63,965 bases of DNA, filler included, from Pelomyxa schiedti (GCA_020536535.1; 11 parts of 11 records of this genome joined end to end with filler, not necessarily neighbours in it), one strand, 5' to 3'; counted from the whole stretch's first letter, positions 12,701 to 26,055 are shown. Notes: generated by a model not told the origin, from the letters alone. Numbers and translations are program-made.

Positions 12701-14636
12701 TCAAAATTTTAGGGCAAAGAGAACAATGTTGACAAGACACGCAACGACGATAGAAACAATACCCCACATCACCACGATGGGGGGTACGATGGCAACAATT
12801 GGGTTCAGAACACCACACAACATCCCGGTGCAGGTGTGATCTAGAAGAATGGGAGTGACGTTAGATGAGGCACAGCAGTATTGTGAAGATATGTGGCAAC
12901 CTCGTGTGAGCTTTGGAATAGGAAGATAGTACTGCGTTTTGGGTGGTTGTGATATCTTAGTCTTCCATCCCATTTCTTAAAAGAGTTGTGTGAAGAGGTA
13001 AGTAAGCTCTTTCGAGAAAAGAACAACATAAACCTTCTAAGAGGTGATGTGCAACATCAACTCTGTCTGTTATAAGGCCGTCAGCCCCAATATTGTAAAT
13101 GTAACGCATTTCATCTTCACTATTTACCTGCATAAGAATGTTCATATCTTTTAGAAATGGTATTGAAGTACCACGAAGAAATAGACACTACTGTACAGAG
13201 ATCTCACAGTGGAAATAAGTGCAGGATGTGCTGTAGTAGAGGGTATGTGTGACACAGAAAGCAGTATTATGTATGGGCTTAAATCGCCTTCAAATGGATC
13301 CTACCAAGAGTGATGCTTCCAGTGTATTGAGGAAGTTCCCAGCAATTAGCCTGAGGTGGGAACATCCAGTAATACACTTCCGACAAACGCATAAATGAGG
13401 TCATCAGTAGCATAACAACTTCAGTTTCACAACTGGCTGTTGCGTACTTTCCTCCTGTCTTTGTTGGTCTACTTCATTGTAAAAAGGTTACCTGATAGCC
13501 TTCGGAAGTAGTTAATGACATCACAGCTTACAGCAACCACGGTAAGACGGTCTTTCAACATTGGGAAATCCTCCAGAACTTCATAAAGTTTCAAAGCAGA
13601 TGTTTTGTCGTATCCCTGTCTCAATTGCATTGGAAAAGGGAAAAAAGTGCATGCAAAGCAACTTTGATTTCAATATTGAAGAATACAGAAGAGTTTTCAA
13701 AAACTGCCAAAAATTGGTGTAGAGTTGGTATTGTCATCCCTACAAAGGTATTTAATGTGGTATAGATAGACAATAAAGACTGACCACTGCCCCTGTAAGG
13801 GTAAGTAAGGCCATAGTCGGGGGTATACCAGTACGCTACATCCAAGTTTGCCAACTGTTGAGATTTTCAGTAATAGTAATTCACCAATTTGAAGTGGACA
13901 ATACTTGGGCAACGGTGTAATCACTTATGGTCCCCGTAGTGTTTGTGAGGGCTGATATATTGTCGTAGTCATGGAAAACAACAAGCTCCTCATCCTTAGA
14001 ATATAAAATTCGGGTGACATGGCTCTTTCAATACGTACCTTGGTCAATGAGACATCAAACTCAAGGATGTCGGCGCCCATTTCTATTGTGGCACATTAGG
14101 GAAGTCTGTGATGTTATACTAAAACGAAAGGAGACTATGTGTGCTTGGAGTTGTTTTTATAGGTTTTTTTTTGGAGGGTTGTTGAAACCAATAGCAGATC
14201 TATGAGCAGAGATGGTATTTTCAGGATTCAAGGCTCTTGAGCCTCTGGGAGAGTTCAAGAATTAACAATAGAACTGAGTAAGTGGCTCAAACCTGTGGGC
14301 CAAGATTACTGGAGGGGAGCGTGTTTCATCAGTGTCCATTGGGCTCGCCATTCTTCCAAAGCAAGGGTGGCCTTGCTCTTGTACGTAGGGGTGGTACCTT
14401 CGGTAGAACAACAGCACACATTCCGCCGCGCAGCAAGTCAAAATTACGCAAGCAACGACGGCAGCAGTGACACGTATTTTACGGCGCCAGGTCATTCGAC
14501 TAGCCACTTTCCTCGAGGCATTTTTCTTTGGTGTGCCCACATTCCCCCCAGATCTTGCTGTGTCTGTGGCCTTGTGAGATCTGCCACCTGTGTGCTGGTG
14601 CGTGGGCCCTGTTGCTGTGCTGTGCCGTCTCATCAT
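12701..14636 (-). CDS. Glycerophosphodiester phosphodiesterase (GDPD family) with N- and C-terminal TM segments
   Basis: ILAHR, FNIEIK, VNSEDEMRYIYNIGADGLITDRVD. Hydrophobic stretches near both ends. Confidence 0.8.
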
Positions 14637-14891
14637 ACACAAAGGTGATGGAACAAGGAGGAGATTAATGAAAAAAAAAAGTCTACAAACAACAAATAAA
14701 GAAACCAAGAAAGAAAAAATGTCACGTGGCACAGAACTCACACATCTCTGAATTGTCTCTCAAAAATGTGACAGCACTCCCCTGCTTGGCTGCCACTGAA
14801 AATCTTTTGCCAGGAAGAGCTCATTTCGATGAAGAAATCCCCCCGATCAGAGACCCCTTCCTTGTTTTTCCCTTTCTTTTTCAAACCTGCG

Positions 14892-17800
14892 ATGTCGGGA
14901 TACTCACCGCCAAAAAGATCTCGGTCGCCACCGCAGCCGGCCGTATATGACGACGCAGAAGATCCCAACGGCGACAGCAACGATGCGTCGGCAATGCACA
15001 ACAACGTCATCGCCACTGAAAACGCCGATAACGGGACGTTCTACAGCGAAGATGATAGCGATGGAAGTTACGATGGAGAGGAGAACGAGGGCGCCACTTA
15101 CCCCGCGGAGGGCGTGCCGATGGGGGGAACAGAGGACACGAGCTCGCCGCAGTTCAACGCCACAGCGCACCCCACGACATCGCAAAGCGCGTCTCAATTC
15201 GATTACGAGCCTGAGTTCAACACCTACAACCCGGAATATAACGCTGCAGCGGGTAATGCGAACGGAGTCTCTGTTTCCAGCCCGTCCTCTCCAGTACCTC
15301 CCACGGTCACCAACTCTCCACCGCCTAGTTATCCGCCCCAAGTCCAGCAACAGCGGCCCACCATCCCACAGGAGCCTGGGCAGAGTCAGCACACAAGAAC
15401 ACAAGTAGTTAATCCGTCACATACTCATGCCCCCGAGAATACTGCGGCAGCGTCCCCCTCTCCTCCACAGTCCATGAATCGTTCTAGTCCCCAACAAGTG
15501 GTTGGGCGTTCTGTTTCATCCACCACAACACCACAGCGCCCAGGGTCTTCCCACCAGCGGCCACCTCCAAAGCAAGACGGTGTAACCCCAACTGGTCCCC
15601 CTCGCAAAAAACCAGCAACAGTACCACAGCAACCTGGAAGCCACACGAATGGGTTCAGCCTTGCCCAAACCATGCAAAGTATGCAAAACATGCAAAACAC
15701 TGCAGCAACAGTCGGCAGAGGGTACCTCCATAAACCGTATCTTAAATTTCCCTCATTGCATGCAGTAAAGTTGAGGACAGATCAAGTCAAATACGAGAAT
15801 TAATGAATGCCTTTTCAGCTTCACAGGGTAACTGTGAAGTGGAAGTAAGGCTGGGGCACTGGGGTTTGTAGTTCCGGGTTAGATGCGTTAGTTCACCACC
15901 CCCCTTCTTCTGGTTTTCTTTACAGACGGCCATTCATTCACACCTGGGGTGCATGACAGAGGAGAGTTTGATTTCATGCAAATTTTAATGGAGCAGTTGG
16001 TTGGCTGTAAAGAGTATGCAATGAGCCAAAGTGATGATGTTACATTTCTACAGCCAACTGGTAAGAAAAAAGCTTTCGACAACCTTTTTAACATCAATTG
16101 ATTTTGCAGAGGGAAGGTCAGAGGGAAGATCCAATTTACGGTATGTTTGCGATCCTGCTACACTTGCAGTCAGGAGTGTGAATGAAAAGCGCGTGGTCTC
16201 AAATCGAGTAATTCAGACTGCCCTCGGATATGACATGAGAATATCTGTGTCTGAAGAAACACGTAGAGCCTCCTTACTCTTGAAAAAATTCATTTTTTTA
16301 AAAAAAAAAAAAGCACAACAAGATTTTCCCGAAAGACCTCCAGAAGATTGTTTGTCCAACAGGCGTAGAAGACGCACCACCTATACTGCTAAGAATTCCT
16401 TTTGGGTTGTTGATATGACTGAAGTGGAGTCAAAAAAACCGAACAAGGAACCCACAGTGTCACTGGAATTTGAAGTAGAGTTCACCTCAGAAATGGTTTC
16501 TCAATGTAATGACAATACCCCGATGTCTGAGAAGGTACGTTTTATGCAATCCCTTTAATTTACATAAGTTTTTTCTTGAAGGTTTCCAGTTCCTTTTGGA
16601 ACTTCATTAGCCAATTCCTTGGGCAGTGGATGAAGTTTTCTGATCCACACTACTTTGGTGATATTGCCATGCAACCTGTAAACTCACAAGCCACCACTGA
16701 GGAGCTGCGTGCTCAAATACTGAGCTGTTTTCCCTCCTGTCCTCAAGCTACATTTCCTGGGGCCATGCCAGTAAATTTCACAAGGATGGCTTTTGACTGG
16801 ATTCAGCGGAAGGAGTATTGGGTCTCTGAGAAGACTGACGGGATAAGGTAAACTCCCAAATGACTTTGTAACGTACTTATCGCGAACAAGATATTTCTTG
16901 ATGATTTACCACGGTCATGTGTACTTTGTTTCAAGAAAATTCGAGTTTCTTGAAGTGCAGTTTCCTAGATTAGCAGAAGTCCAGAAACCTAATGGTTAAT
17001 TTTTCTAATCCGGAAAATAAACTTACCAATGCAGCTGGTGCCACGATTCTCGATGGGGAGCTAGTACGCAATTGCAAACCTGGGTTCTTCCCGTGGCGGG
17101 CAATGTTTATGGTGTTTGATGTGCTTGTGTACCTTGGGGAGAGCCAGGTTTCAAAAGTACTTAGGGATAGGTATGCCCAACCAGCTGTATCCCCTTACAT
17201 ATTTTTTAGGCTGGAAGTGATTAGGCAACAAATGATTGAAGTCCAAAGAGTCGGCTTAGGTGACGGACCAACAAACGCCCAGCAGCCATTTCTTGTAGCA
17301 GGGAAGGCATTCACAGAGAAGCGTGCTCTAGGGTATATCGAATTTTATAACCTCTGGCTAACATATATCAGCGCTCTTTTTTCACAAATTGAGGACCACA
17401 GGCACGGGAAATTCTTCAATGACAAAGGAAAAAGATTCCATCGGACTGATGGAGTCATTTTTGCACCAAACATAGCTTGTGTGTTGCACCCCATCTTTTT
17501 TTTCCTTGTTTTTTTTCTCATACCGTAAAAAATGAGAAGATGTTCCATTTTCCAATCCCACCATGTTTAAATGGAAGTATACCACCCACTGGACAATTGA
17601 TTTTGGTCTAAAGCCAAAGAAAGGGTGAGAGTCACACCTTTTTTGTTCACCTTTGACCGAAACCAAAGGAAGTATTATTTCACTTGCAAAGGGGGGAACC
17701 AGGATGTTGAATTGAGGACAGCAAACTTCCCCCAAACGGATTGGGATTTCATTCAATCATTACAGCCAAGTCCGAGTATCGTCGAGTGTGCTTTTGATGT

Positions 17801-18223
17801 AAACAGGTTTGTACACGTATTTTAGTAGCTTTTAGTTTGATTTTTCTCTTCTCAGTGGCCTGTGGTCATACCGTGGCTCACGCACAGATAAACCGCACCC
17901 CAATCACATAAGTGTTGTGATGGATACCCTGGAAGTTGTTGCACAGAACATTACCAAAGAGGAGCTTATTTATCGTACAGTTTGCCAGTATGTCTTTCCC
18001 TTCTCATTTGCCCCCTCATTGATCTTTCACCAGACCTGGAACTGACGACTGGGCAAAGCAAGTGCACCAGCACCTCTCGGCAATTGTATTACAGCAGCAG
18101 CAAGCACTGCACCACGCCAAGATGAGCCAGCAAGCACAACATGTACAACCATCATCACATCTACAGCAATCACAAACCACGCGAGCTCCACCAACCCAGG
18201 TTCCACCCTCTCAACGCTATTGA
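14892..18223 (+). CDS. mRNA capping enzyme: TTM/CYTH-type RNA triphosphatase fused to guanylyltransferase
   Basis: TTM motifs EVEVRLG, YDMRISVSEE, RRRRRTTY, VDMTEV, LEFEVEF. GTase motifs FPGAMPV, EKTDGIR (KxDG), ILDGELV, FMVFDVL, TDGVIFAP, FKWK, IVECAF, RTDKPHPN. Confidence 0.9.
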
Positions 18224-18473
18224 CTGGGAAACCCAGACGATGCACACAAGGAAACACAGTCACCAAATACTCACCAGTAATCACTCCAACCAGGCACTCA
18301 CTCCACTTATCATTCTCCAAACGAAGCCCCCCAAAACAATACAATGCACCCCCATACCCATAGCACGACAACTCCATTGAATTGGAAATTTGCGTTCCCT
18401 AATTTCACGCGATTCTGAGTCTGATGATTCATTCACTAAACAGACAAATTACCAACAACAAACTCGCCGTGCG

Positions 18474-20416
18474 ATGCGGAACGTGTTGCGTGCGGTCGAA
18501 GTCGCCGTGGGGCTGTCGGTGCTGTTGGCGTGCATAGGGCCGGCGTTGGGGTTGGTGAACCACCTCAAGGTGACCAACGATGACAGGTGCGCCTTCAGAG
18601 TCGACCAGTTTGGTGTGTATTTTGCTCGCCCGCCTTTTGCTTCTTTGAAAGCAAAAGGGTGAAAGAGTGTTGTTGGTGTTGTTGGCTCACTGGTTTTTTT
18701 TCTTTCAAGGTATGGCATCGGATGCAGTGTATGACCTTCGTGTTTACAAGTTCCAAGCGAGCGAGAAGAATGCGACATGCGGGTTTGTTGTGGTAGGGCT
18801 TCTTTGATTCCTTTTTTGAGAGGAACCGTTGGTTCTCATTTTCCCAACAGCAAGTAGTGCAAACCATGGAATCAATTCTGGCTGTTCCAATGAAACAACT
18901 TTGTGCTCTTCTTAGAGAGACGGGACTTCACAACACAGATAAACTAGTTACTGTAAAACCAAACTCGTTAGTGAAATCGCCAACTCAACCCCACGAAATC
19001 TACCTGTGACCTGCTTTTCCTCTAGAAATTTCACGCGCGTTGTCACAGATTCCCAAGAGGGAATGTATCAAACCTTTTTCATCAACTGTGAGAATCAGTG
19101 TTACATTGGAAACAAGGGGCTACATACAGTCACTTTTGACGTATGTTCTAGCTTTTCTTTTTTACCAAAAAATAACGCCCCTGTAAAGGTTATTTTGACG
19201 GAGTATAACGTACGCAATGGAAAGACCAGCTATTTGTCAATTGGAAGTTGGCCACTTCCAATATTCTATGGCTCGATGGTGGGAGTTTATTTATTATGCC
19301 TAGGTCTCTGGCTCTGGACTGTTTTCAGAAAGGGGTATGTCTTCCCATGCTTTCAAGGAACACAGAGTGATTTCTTCCAGAAATAACAGGAATAGACTAC
19401 ATCACCTCATGAGTGCGCTCGTCGTGCTCAAAGTGTTATCACTCACATTTGAGGCAATTGAATTACACTACCAAGATACACATGGTGTAAGTGGTGGCTG
19501 GGCTATACCATATTATGCATTCCTCACGTACCCATTCCCACTTACTTTCCAACCCTAAATTATCTCCCCAAGTGTTAAGGGTTCGTTTGTGTTTGTGCTC
19601 ATAGTGCTCATTGGATCAGGGTGGAAGTTTTTGAAGCCTTACTTGAGTGCTAAAGACAAAAAGATTTTGATGGTGGTCATCCCTCTACAAATACTAGACA
19701 ACATTGCTCTTGTAATAACTGAGCAAACTGAAGAGGGATTGATGTTGTGGAGATTTTGGGTATAATATTTTATTTACACTTGGTTGAGACTTTTGACCAA
19801 AAGTCAGGTTTTCATTTTCCGTGGCATTGACATAGTATGCTGTGTTGCTGTGCTTGCACCTGTTGTGTGGTCCATGACAAGTTTGAAGGTTGCCGCACAA
19901 ACTGATGGCAAAGGTACCTTCCCCTCTAGCTGAAAATATGCAATTATAATTCTGACAATCCTTAAGCTGCCGTGAATCTTAAAAAGATGGCGTTATTCCG
20001 TGGATTCTACCTCTCTGTCATTGCGTACATGTATTGCCGGGTCGTTATTCTCTATGTACTGGAATACTCCCTGAAGTATAAATACTTGTGGGTAAAGCCC
20101 GTATTTGACGAGCTTGCTGCCCTCGTGTTTTACACCTACACTGCGTGAGTTCCAAAGTTTGTTTATACCTGTCAATTTAATCCCCACTTTCAGATGGAAG
20201 TTCCGACCTGTTGTCGGCAACCCCTATTTGTCACTCGAGTGTATTGACGAGGCAAAAGACATCGCCGCCGTTATTCCATCTCCAACGGGCGATGTAGAGC
20301 TCAGTACCTTTTCATTCCCGGCACCTCCAAATGACGTGGATGGTAGCAGTGCGTCAAGTGAAATCCAGCCAACCACCAATACTGGTTTGCACCATGTTCA
20401 AAACCAAGACCCATAG
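18474..20416 (+). CDS. GPR107/GPR108 (Lung 7TM / GOST) family protein
   Basis: Signal peptide, DDRCAFRVDQFG, SYLSIGSWPLP, LHHLMSALVVLK, LIGSGWKFLKPYL, IPLQILDNIA, KFRPVVGNPYL. Confidence 0.88.
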
Positions 20417-20812
20417 GCCAAGCAAGATATATAGGTCAGAGGGAATTCCCCAAGAAGAAACAACAAACAATAATAAAAACAAAACGTATGACGAAGGTTT
20501 GACCTTTTATGTACATACATAATAGTGTGGCCCTTAGTGCTAAGGAGGAAGCGCCGGTGTCTATTTTTCACAACATTAAATGGTTCTTCCATGAAATCCA
20601 GATTGTCTAAAACGAAAGGGGAAGAAGCAAAAAACACGCAGGCAAAGGATAACGCCAAAAAGTCAAAATAACAAAACAAAGGAAAAAAAAAAATTATTTT
20701 ATTCGACATCAAGAAACAAATCATCGGATCTTGTAGCCGGAATCGACGGTGCGTGTCGTAGTACCCCCATTATTTTATTGTCGTAGTGTAACGATCTTGC
20801 TGTGTAACGTAG

Positions 20813-22138
20813 ATGGACACACCCAGTAGTGAACCAACAGGTATTTTGCCTCGTTTCCCTCTATCGTTTCCCAACAACTTTGCAACAAGCCACAACCGAG
20901 GTGCACGATGACCACCATGACGCCGAAGTAAAAGTTGATGTTTCGACGCCAGAGCCGGCAAAGACCGAGCCTGAGAAGACTGACCCTGCCCAGGAACCAG
21001 CCGACCCTAACAAACCTGCAAAAACAGAGCCCGTTGTGGAGAAAGCAGAGGAACCAAAAGTTGGCGTAACTGAGAAAAAGACTGTAGACTCGAAGAGCTC
21101 AAAACTGTCTGCGGCCTCGGGTGCAAAAACGCCATCAAAGTCCGCTAAAACCTCTGCTTCCAGGCGAGATACAACAACTACAACCACCACCACTACCACC
21201 ACAACTTCTTCAGGAGGAAAGAAACCCGTCGTTTCCTCTACAACTACACGCGAGGTGACATCAAATTCATCATCCAGTCCAGCAAAAACACCCCGCAGAT
21301 CTGCTCCAACAAGGAGCCCAACCACACAAACGACCCCAAGAAGACCTGTACAATCTCCCCGAAGCCCAACAAAACCCCCTGTGGCAGACCAACCTGTGTG
21401 TATCTACCCTCCTCTTTTCTTTATCACCCATACGGAAAAGGAAACAGCTGCCACTGCATCTACTACCACCACTACCACAGTATCAGTTAGTTCTTCACTG
21501 TTAAAGCCAACCAAATTACATGAACTGCGAGCTGAAGAAAACAAAAAACTGTAATCTACTTGTATTGTCTTCTTACAATTCACACACTAGCAGGCGAGAA
21601 AAACTTGACACAGCAAAGAAAGAGAAAGCTGCTATGAAGAAGTGGGCAACAGTTGGTCCTATCGATCACGACAAGTTCTTTAAGCCTATATTCATGGATA
21701 AGGATGCCCCGCCTCCAAAATTGTGTGCCCTCACCGTTTAATACACAAATGAGTCTCAACCTCCTTAAGAACGAAGCAAGTAATGGAAGCCACTATGAAA
21801 GCTGCTGCTGATCTAAAATGGAAGCCTACTGCCACATCACGCAATTTCGACCTGATGCGTGCGGCTTCGGGTGACAAGAGCTACCATACTCTTGAGAAAT
21901 CTTACTACTCACTCAGTCCAATCTCTCCACGCGGTACCACCCCTACCCGATGCTCTTTTTTTCTAGGCTCATTTCGTTCCCTTTAGTTCGAAAACTGTCC
22001 AGTACTTATCACGGAGATGACTTCCAAAAGATACACGAAATCACACACCCAAGCCCCCTACGGGACACCAGTGCTGCAAAGACTGGTGACAGAGTGCACA
22101 CCGAGGCTTTTCCATGGCTGACTCCCCGGAACCCTTGA
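20813..22138 (+). CDS. Hypothetical S/T/P/K-rich disordered protein, spliced
   Basis: Long ORF exon 20829-21554 and short GT-AG introns linking downstream exons. No recognisable domain. Confidence 0.6.
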
Positions 22139-22334
22139 TCACCCTACCGCCTATAAATGAAATAAAATTTTGCTTGCGGAGGCATGTACCCGTCTGTTTG
22201 TCTCAACGACAAAACAATGGTCAGTGATGAAGGCCATATTCCGTGAATCCTTAATATTATGATAAAAACGGAAAAAAAAGGGTCAACGTGGGCACTTCGT
22301 TGTTATGATCCCTCCGTTAATAAGTGGAGGATAA

Positions 22335-22534
<200 letters not shown>

Positions 22535-22634
22535 NNNNNNNNNNNNNNNNNNNNNNNNNNNNNNNNNNNNNNNNNNNNTTAATTAATTAANNNNNNNNNN
22601 NNNNNNNNNNNNNNNNNNNNNNNNNNNNNNNNNN

Positions 22635-24547
22635 ACGTGCTTGGATGGTCTTACCATATGTGAGGCCTGGTATAACACACAGTGAAACAATCCCAGATTG
22701 GGGTGGTGCCTGCAAGCTGGGAAACACATCCATCTGTGATGGAATAAAGGGTGTTCCGGGCTCCAAGAATATAAATTCATACTCTGGCTTGCCAATGGTG
22801 CCAAAGCATAGATGGAGCATCACTTCACATAGTCCACAAATAGTTTTCTCTTGTCCAATTGGTTTCAACCAAGTAATACAACTGTTAATTGCTTCAGTAA
22901 TAACATTCTCAGGATCTCCAGGGTTCTGCTGCTGTAAGATGTGGGAGACTCTTTCAGCAAGAAATTTCCACATCACATGCAATATTTGTGCTTGCTGCTC
23001 TGGCGTCTTAAGGTTATTTATGGGGAGAGTATCCAATACAAAGTTCGTCAAGTCCTACTTTTGGTAATTACAGAGGTTGAAGTGGCTTTTTACATTTTGA
23101 AATTGTTTCAATAAAATTAGAATTTCATAATGGTGAGCCACACGCCACATGCCAATTCGTTGTGACAGTGAATTTGATAGTTGTTGAATGGGTGATTGTG
23201 GTTGTTGTTGTGGTTGCAGTTTGTTTTCTTGAGTACTTGGAACAAGGTGTGGTTGTGTCTGCTGTTGCAATTGTTGCTGTGGTTGCGGTTGCAGTTTGTT
23301 TTCTTGAGTTCTTGGAACAGGGTGCTTGTGATGTGAAGGCAGGTGGCTTGTTTGCATACGTGATGACACTGAGGGACTGTATGGTGTTGGTGTGGTTGGA
23401 GTTCCTCGCCTTGGGGGCTCTGTATTTAAATGACTACTCTGTGCAATCCTCATAGCATTGGCAGAATATATTATTGATCCAGCTTGTCCTCGTACCAGTA
23501 CACTTGAGCCACCTGTATTTCTTGGCTGAGCTGTTGTACCTTGAACCTTGTGTGGAACTGGAATTGAAGGTGTATGCTGTGTATGGTTGTGTTTCTCCCA
23601 AACGGCAGTACTGGGAGAAAACCAACCAAAACGAGAATCTGGAGGAGGAGGCAAAGCAGCTTGTACCATTGATGGTGCTGTTAATGGGGATGTTGCTGGT
23701 GTGTCTGGTGGTATTGCTCTGTGTTGTGCTGAATCAGGAGCAATAGGAACAGTTACCACCTTGTATTGTGGGGGGGAAGCTGAAGAAGAGGCTGCCGACG
23801 AAGTGTTAACTGGTGACTGTCGGCGAAATGAGAACTCGTTTCCAAAGGATGAGATGTGACCAGAGGTGGTGGCCAAAAGCGACAGGAGGGTTATGAAGGG
23901 GGCAATAGTGATGAGGGCTTGGGAGGCAGACATTCGGTGAGGCTGTAAGTTGTGCATCATTGCAGCAAGCACATCACACAGACACTGAACCTTGGGGTCT
24001 GTGTGATTATTAGTAGGTGCTGTTGTGGCTGTTGTGCTTGATGTTGCAAATGGCTGGGGCAGTGGGAATGAGGCAAAGAGTGCCTCTGGTGTGAATTCAT
24101 GCATGCTGCCGTTGAGTGTGCTGCCTATGAACTTGGTTTTGGGGTGGTCCAGAGTTGGTTCCGGGAGCAGGGAGTCATAGAATGTCACCGCCAGGGAGAA
24201 GGAATCACACTTGGAGTACGAGAATGACTTGGCTCTTCCACCCGTTTTGGCAAAGGACATAACTTCCGGCGGGATTGTGCCGAGGTTTCCCCAGATGTCG
24301 CCGGTTGGTGATATAACATAGCTGAGGTTTCCTTCGCCATCCGTAATGCAGTCCTGAGCAGATCCAAAGTCAATCAGAGTTAACCTTCTGGTTGCCGGGT
24401 CGACGAGAATGTTGTCTTGCTTTATGTCTCTGAAAGGAATCAATACCGCGGTAGAAATGTGAATTCATTGCATACCTGTGCACGATCGAATTGGTCTCAA
24501 TGTGGTGGACAGCTTTGAGAGCTTGATTAAAAATATCCAGTGTGATG
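22635..24547 (-). CDS. Protein kinase (C-lobe) with low-complexity tail; partial at both ends
   Basis: IVHR|DIKQDNILVD across a GT-AG intron, LIDFGSA, GNLGTIPPEV, YSKCDSFSL. Confidence 0.85.
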
Positions 24548-24789
24548 NNNNNNNNNNNNNNNNNNNNNNNNNNNNNNNNNNNNNNNNNNNNTTAATTAAT
24601 TAANNNNNNNNNNNNNNNNNNNNNNNNNNNNNNNNNNNNNNNNNNNNCACAGTTCAGGCCTCTTCCTTAAACAGTACAGTAATTCTGTCAGTGAGCACTG
24701 TGACAGTGCCTGAGCCCTTGCAGATGGAGGAAATCCCAGCAGGTCCTGCTCCTAAAAAATCAAAAAGAAGTTCCACAAGGTGCTTAATT

Positions 24790-24878
24790 GGCTGAATAAA
24801 ATAATCAACAGACCGGAACGTTGTCATTTTCCTTATCATCACTCAGGATCGGCGGTCTGGTGTTTTTTTTATTCAGCC
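24790..24878. mobile_element. 89-bp MITE-like element, GGCTG...CAGCC termini, AATT TSD
   Basis: TIR GGCTGAATAAAA / TTTTATTCAGCC with an inner CAGACC/GGTCTG pair. AATT on both sides (24786-89, 24879-82). A related copy lies at 42103. Confidence 0.7.
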
Positions 24879-25129
24879 AATTCACACTGAACCCACTCAA
24901 CCCACACAAAGACACTCCCAACAATTTCACAACACGAAACAGCATCACACACGTTCCTGGCACAGAAACCACCCAGAAGCACAACCACCACTGGAAAAGC
25001 ACTCGTTCGACGCAAAACTCCGGTTTTTTTACCCCAAGTTTGCCGCACCCCAACTTATTGCGGAGTAAACTCCCGAAACTAAGTTGGTTCCGAGGAGTAA
25101 ACTCCGAAAAGCATTGGCCGTCCCAAATT

Positions 25130-25743
25130 GTGGTCATCCACCCAACAACACGTCGCCCATCCCACAATCGCGGCAGCGTGCCCCTGCTACTGCTGCAGGT
25201 GTCGGTGCACCCCCCTTCAGCCTCGGCGCCACCACCAAACAAGGAAGTGGCCAGCCCGACGTGCCCACCGATCAACAACCCAACCACAGTCGCACTCACT
25301 TCCTTCACAACAACACCGCGGCGCCCCTTTGCTGCCCATTCCGGAACTTCTTCTCCACCCCTTGCAGTAAGCACATCAGCACCCCTGCTGTAGTCGCTGC
25401 TGCTACGCCCACAACCACGAGAAGAGAACCACTCGCCCACTGGGTCGCTGCTGAGCCCCACCCCGTGCCTGCTGTTGAGGATCCACGCCACACACGACGG
25501 CGCCGGCACAGACGCAGCGGTCTGGATGGCGTTGTAGCTCCCGATGCAGGCGCCCCATCGTGGGTCGAACGCGAGGGCCCTGCGGCACACGAGCCCCACG
25601 ATGGGGAACATCGCTTCGGCTGCCCGGAACAGGTCCCACTGCCGGAGCCCGTCGGGTCCGCACTTGATGTTCCCTCGCGAATCCCTGGGCCCGTCGAGCC
25701 ACCCTGGCGACACAACGTGTTCCCAAACGAGCCGCGACACCAT
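25130..25743 (-). pseudogene. 3'-truncated copy of the VSRLVWEHVV ankyrin-like family
   Basis: Near-identical to the 5' parts of the 42090 and 43306 copies up to LPRLWDGRRVVGW, then homology stops. Confidence 0.7.
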
Positions 25744-25802
25744 CAGCACAGTCTCGACTGCCGTCCGATTCCGCGGAATGGAGGGAAAGAAGCATGGCGG
25801 AG

Positions 25803-25814
25803 AAAAAAAAAAAA
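25803..25814 (-). terminator. Pol III terminator (T12) of tRNA-Leu
   Basis: Twelve T on the minus strand, 3 nt after the discriminator base. Confidence 0.8.
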
Positions 25815-25817
25815 CGC

Positions 25818-25899
25818 TGCGCCGGCTGGGATTCGAACCCAGGCTCCAAAGGAAATGCATCTTGAGTGCACCGCGTTAGACCAACTCCGCCACCGACGC
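25818..25899 (-). tRNA. tRNA-Leu(CAA), intronless, 82 nt
   Basis: GCGTCGG/CCGGCGC acceptor stem, D-loop AGTTGGTCTAA, anticodon arm GTGCA-CTCAAGA-TGCAT, long variable arm, T-arm CTGGG-TTCGAAT-CCCAG, discriminator A. Confidence 0.95.
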
Positions 25900-26055
25900 T
25901 TGTAAAGTAGAGGCTGATCCGGTGTTGGTTGGATTCCAATCTTTTTCCTGGATGAATTGACCGAATCAAACTTTGGTTTTTTTTTTTCATTGTTGTTACT
26001 TCCAGACAAACACCAAACCAAAAAACCAGGAAAAAGTTGTTTGTATTTTTTTTTT

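Noticed and set aside
24805-25860. 351-aa ORF overlapping the tRNA
   Set aside because: Its 5' part reads through the tRNA and terminator, and its 3' part through non-homologous repeat DNA. Only the middle is family sequence.
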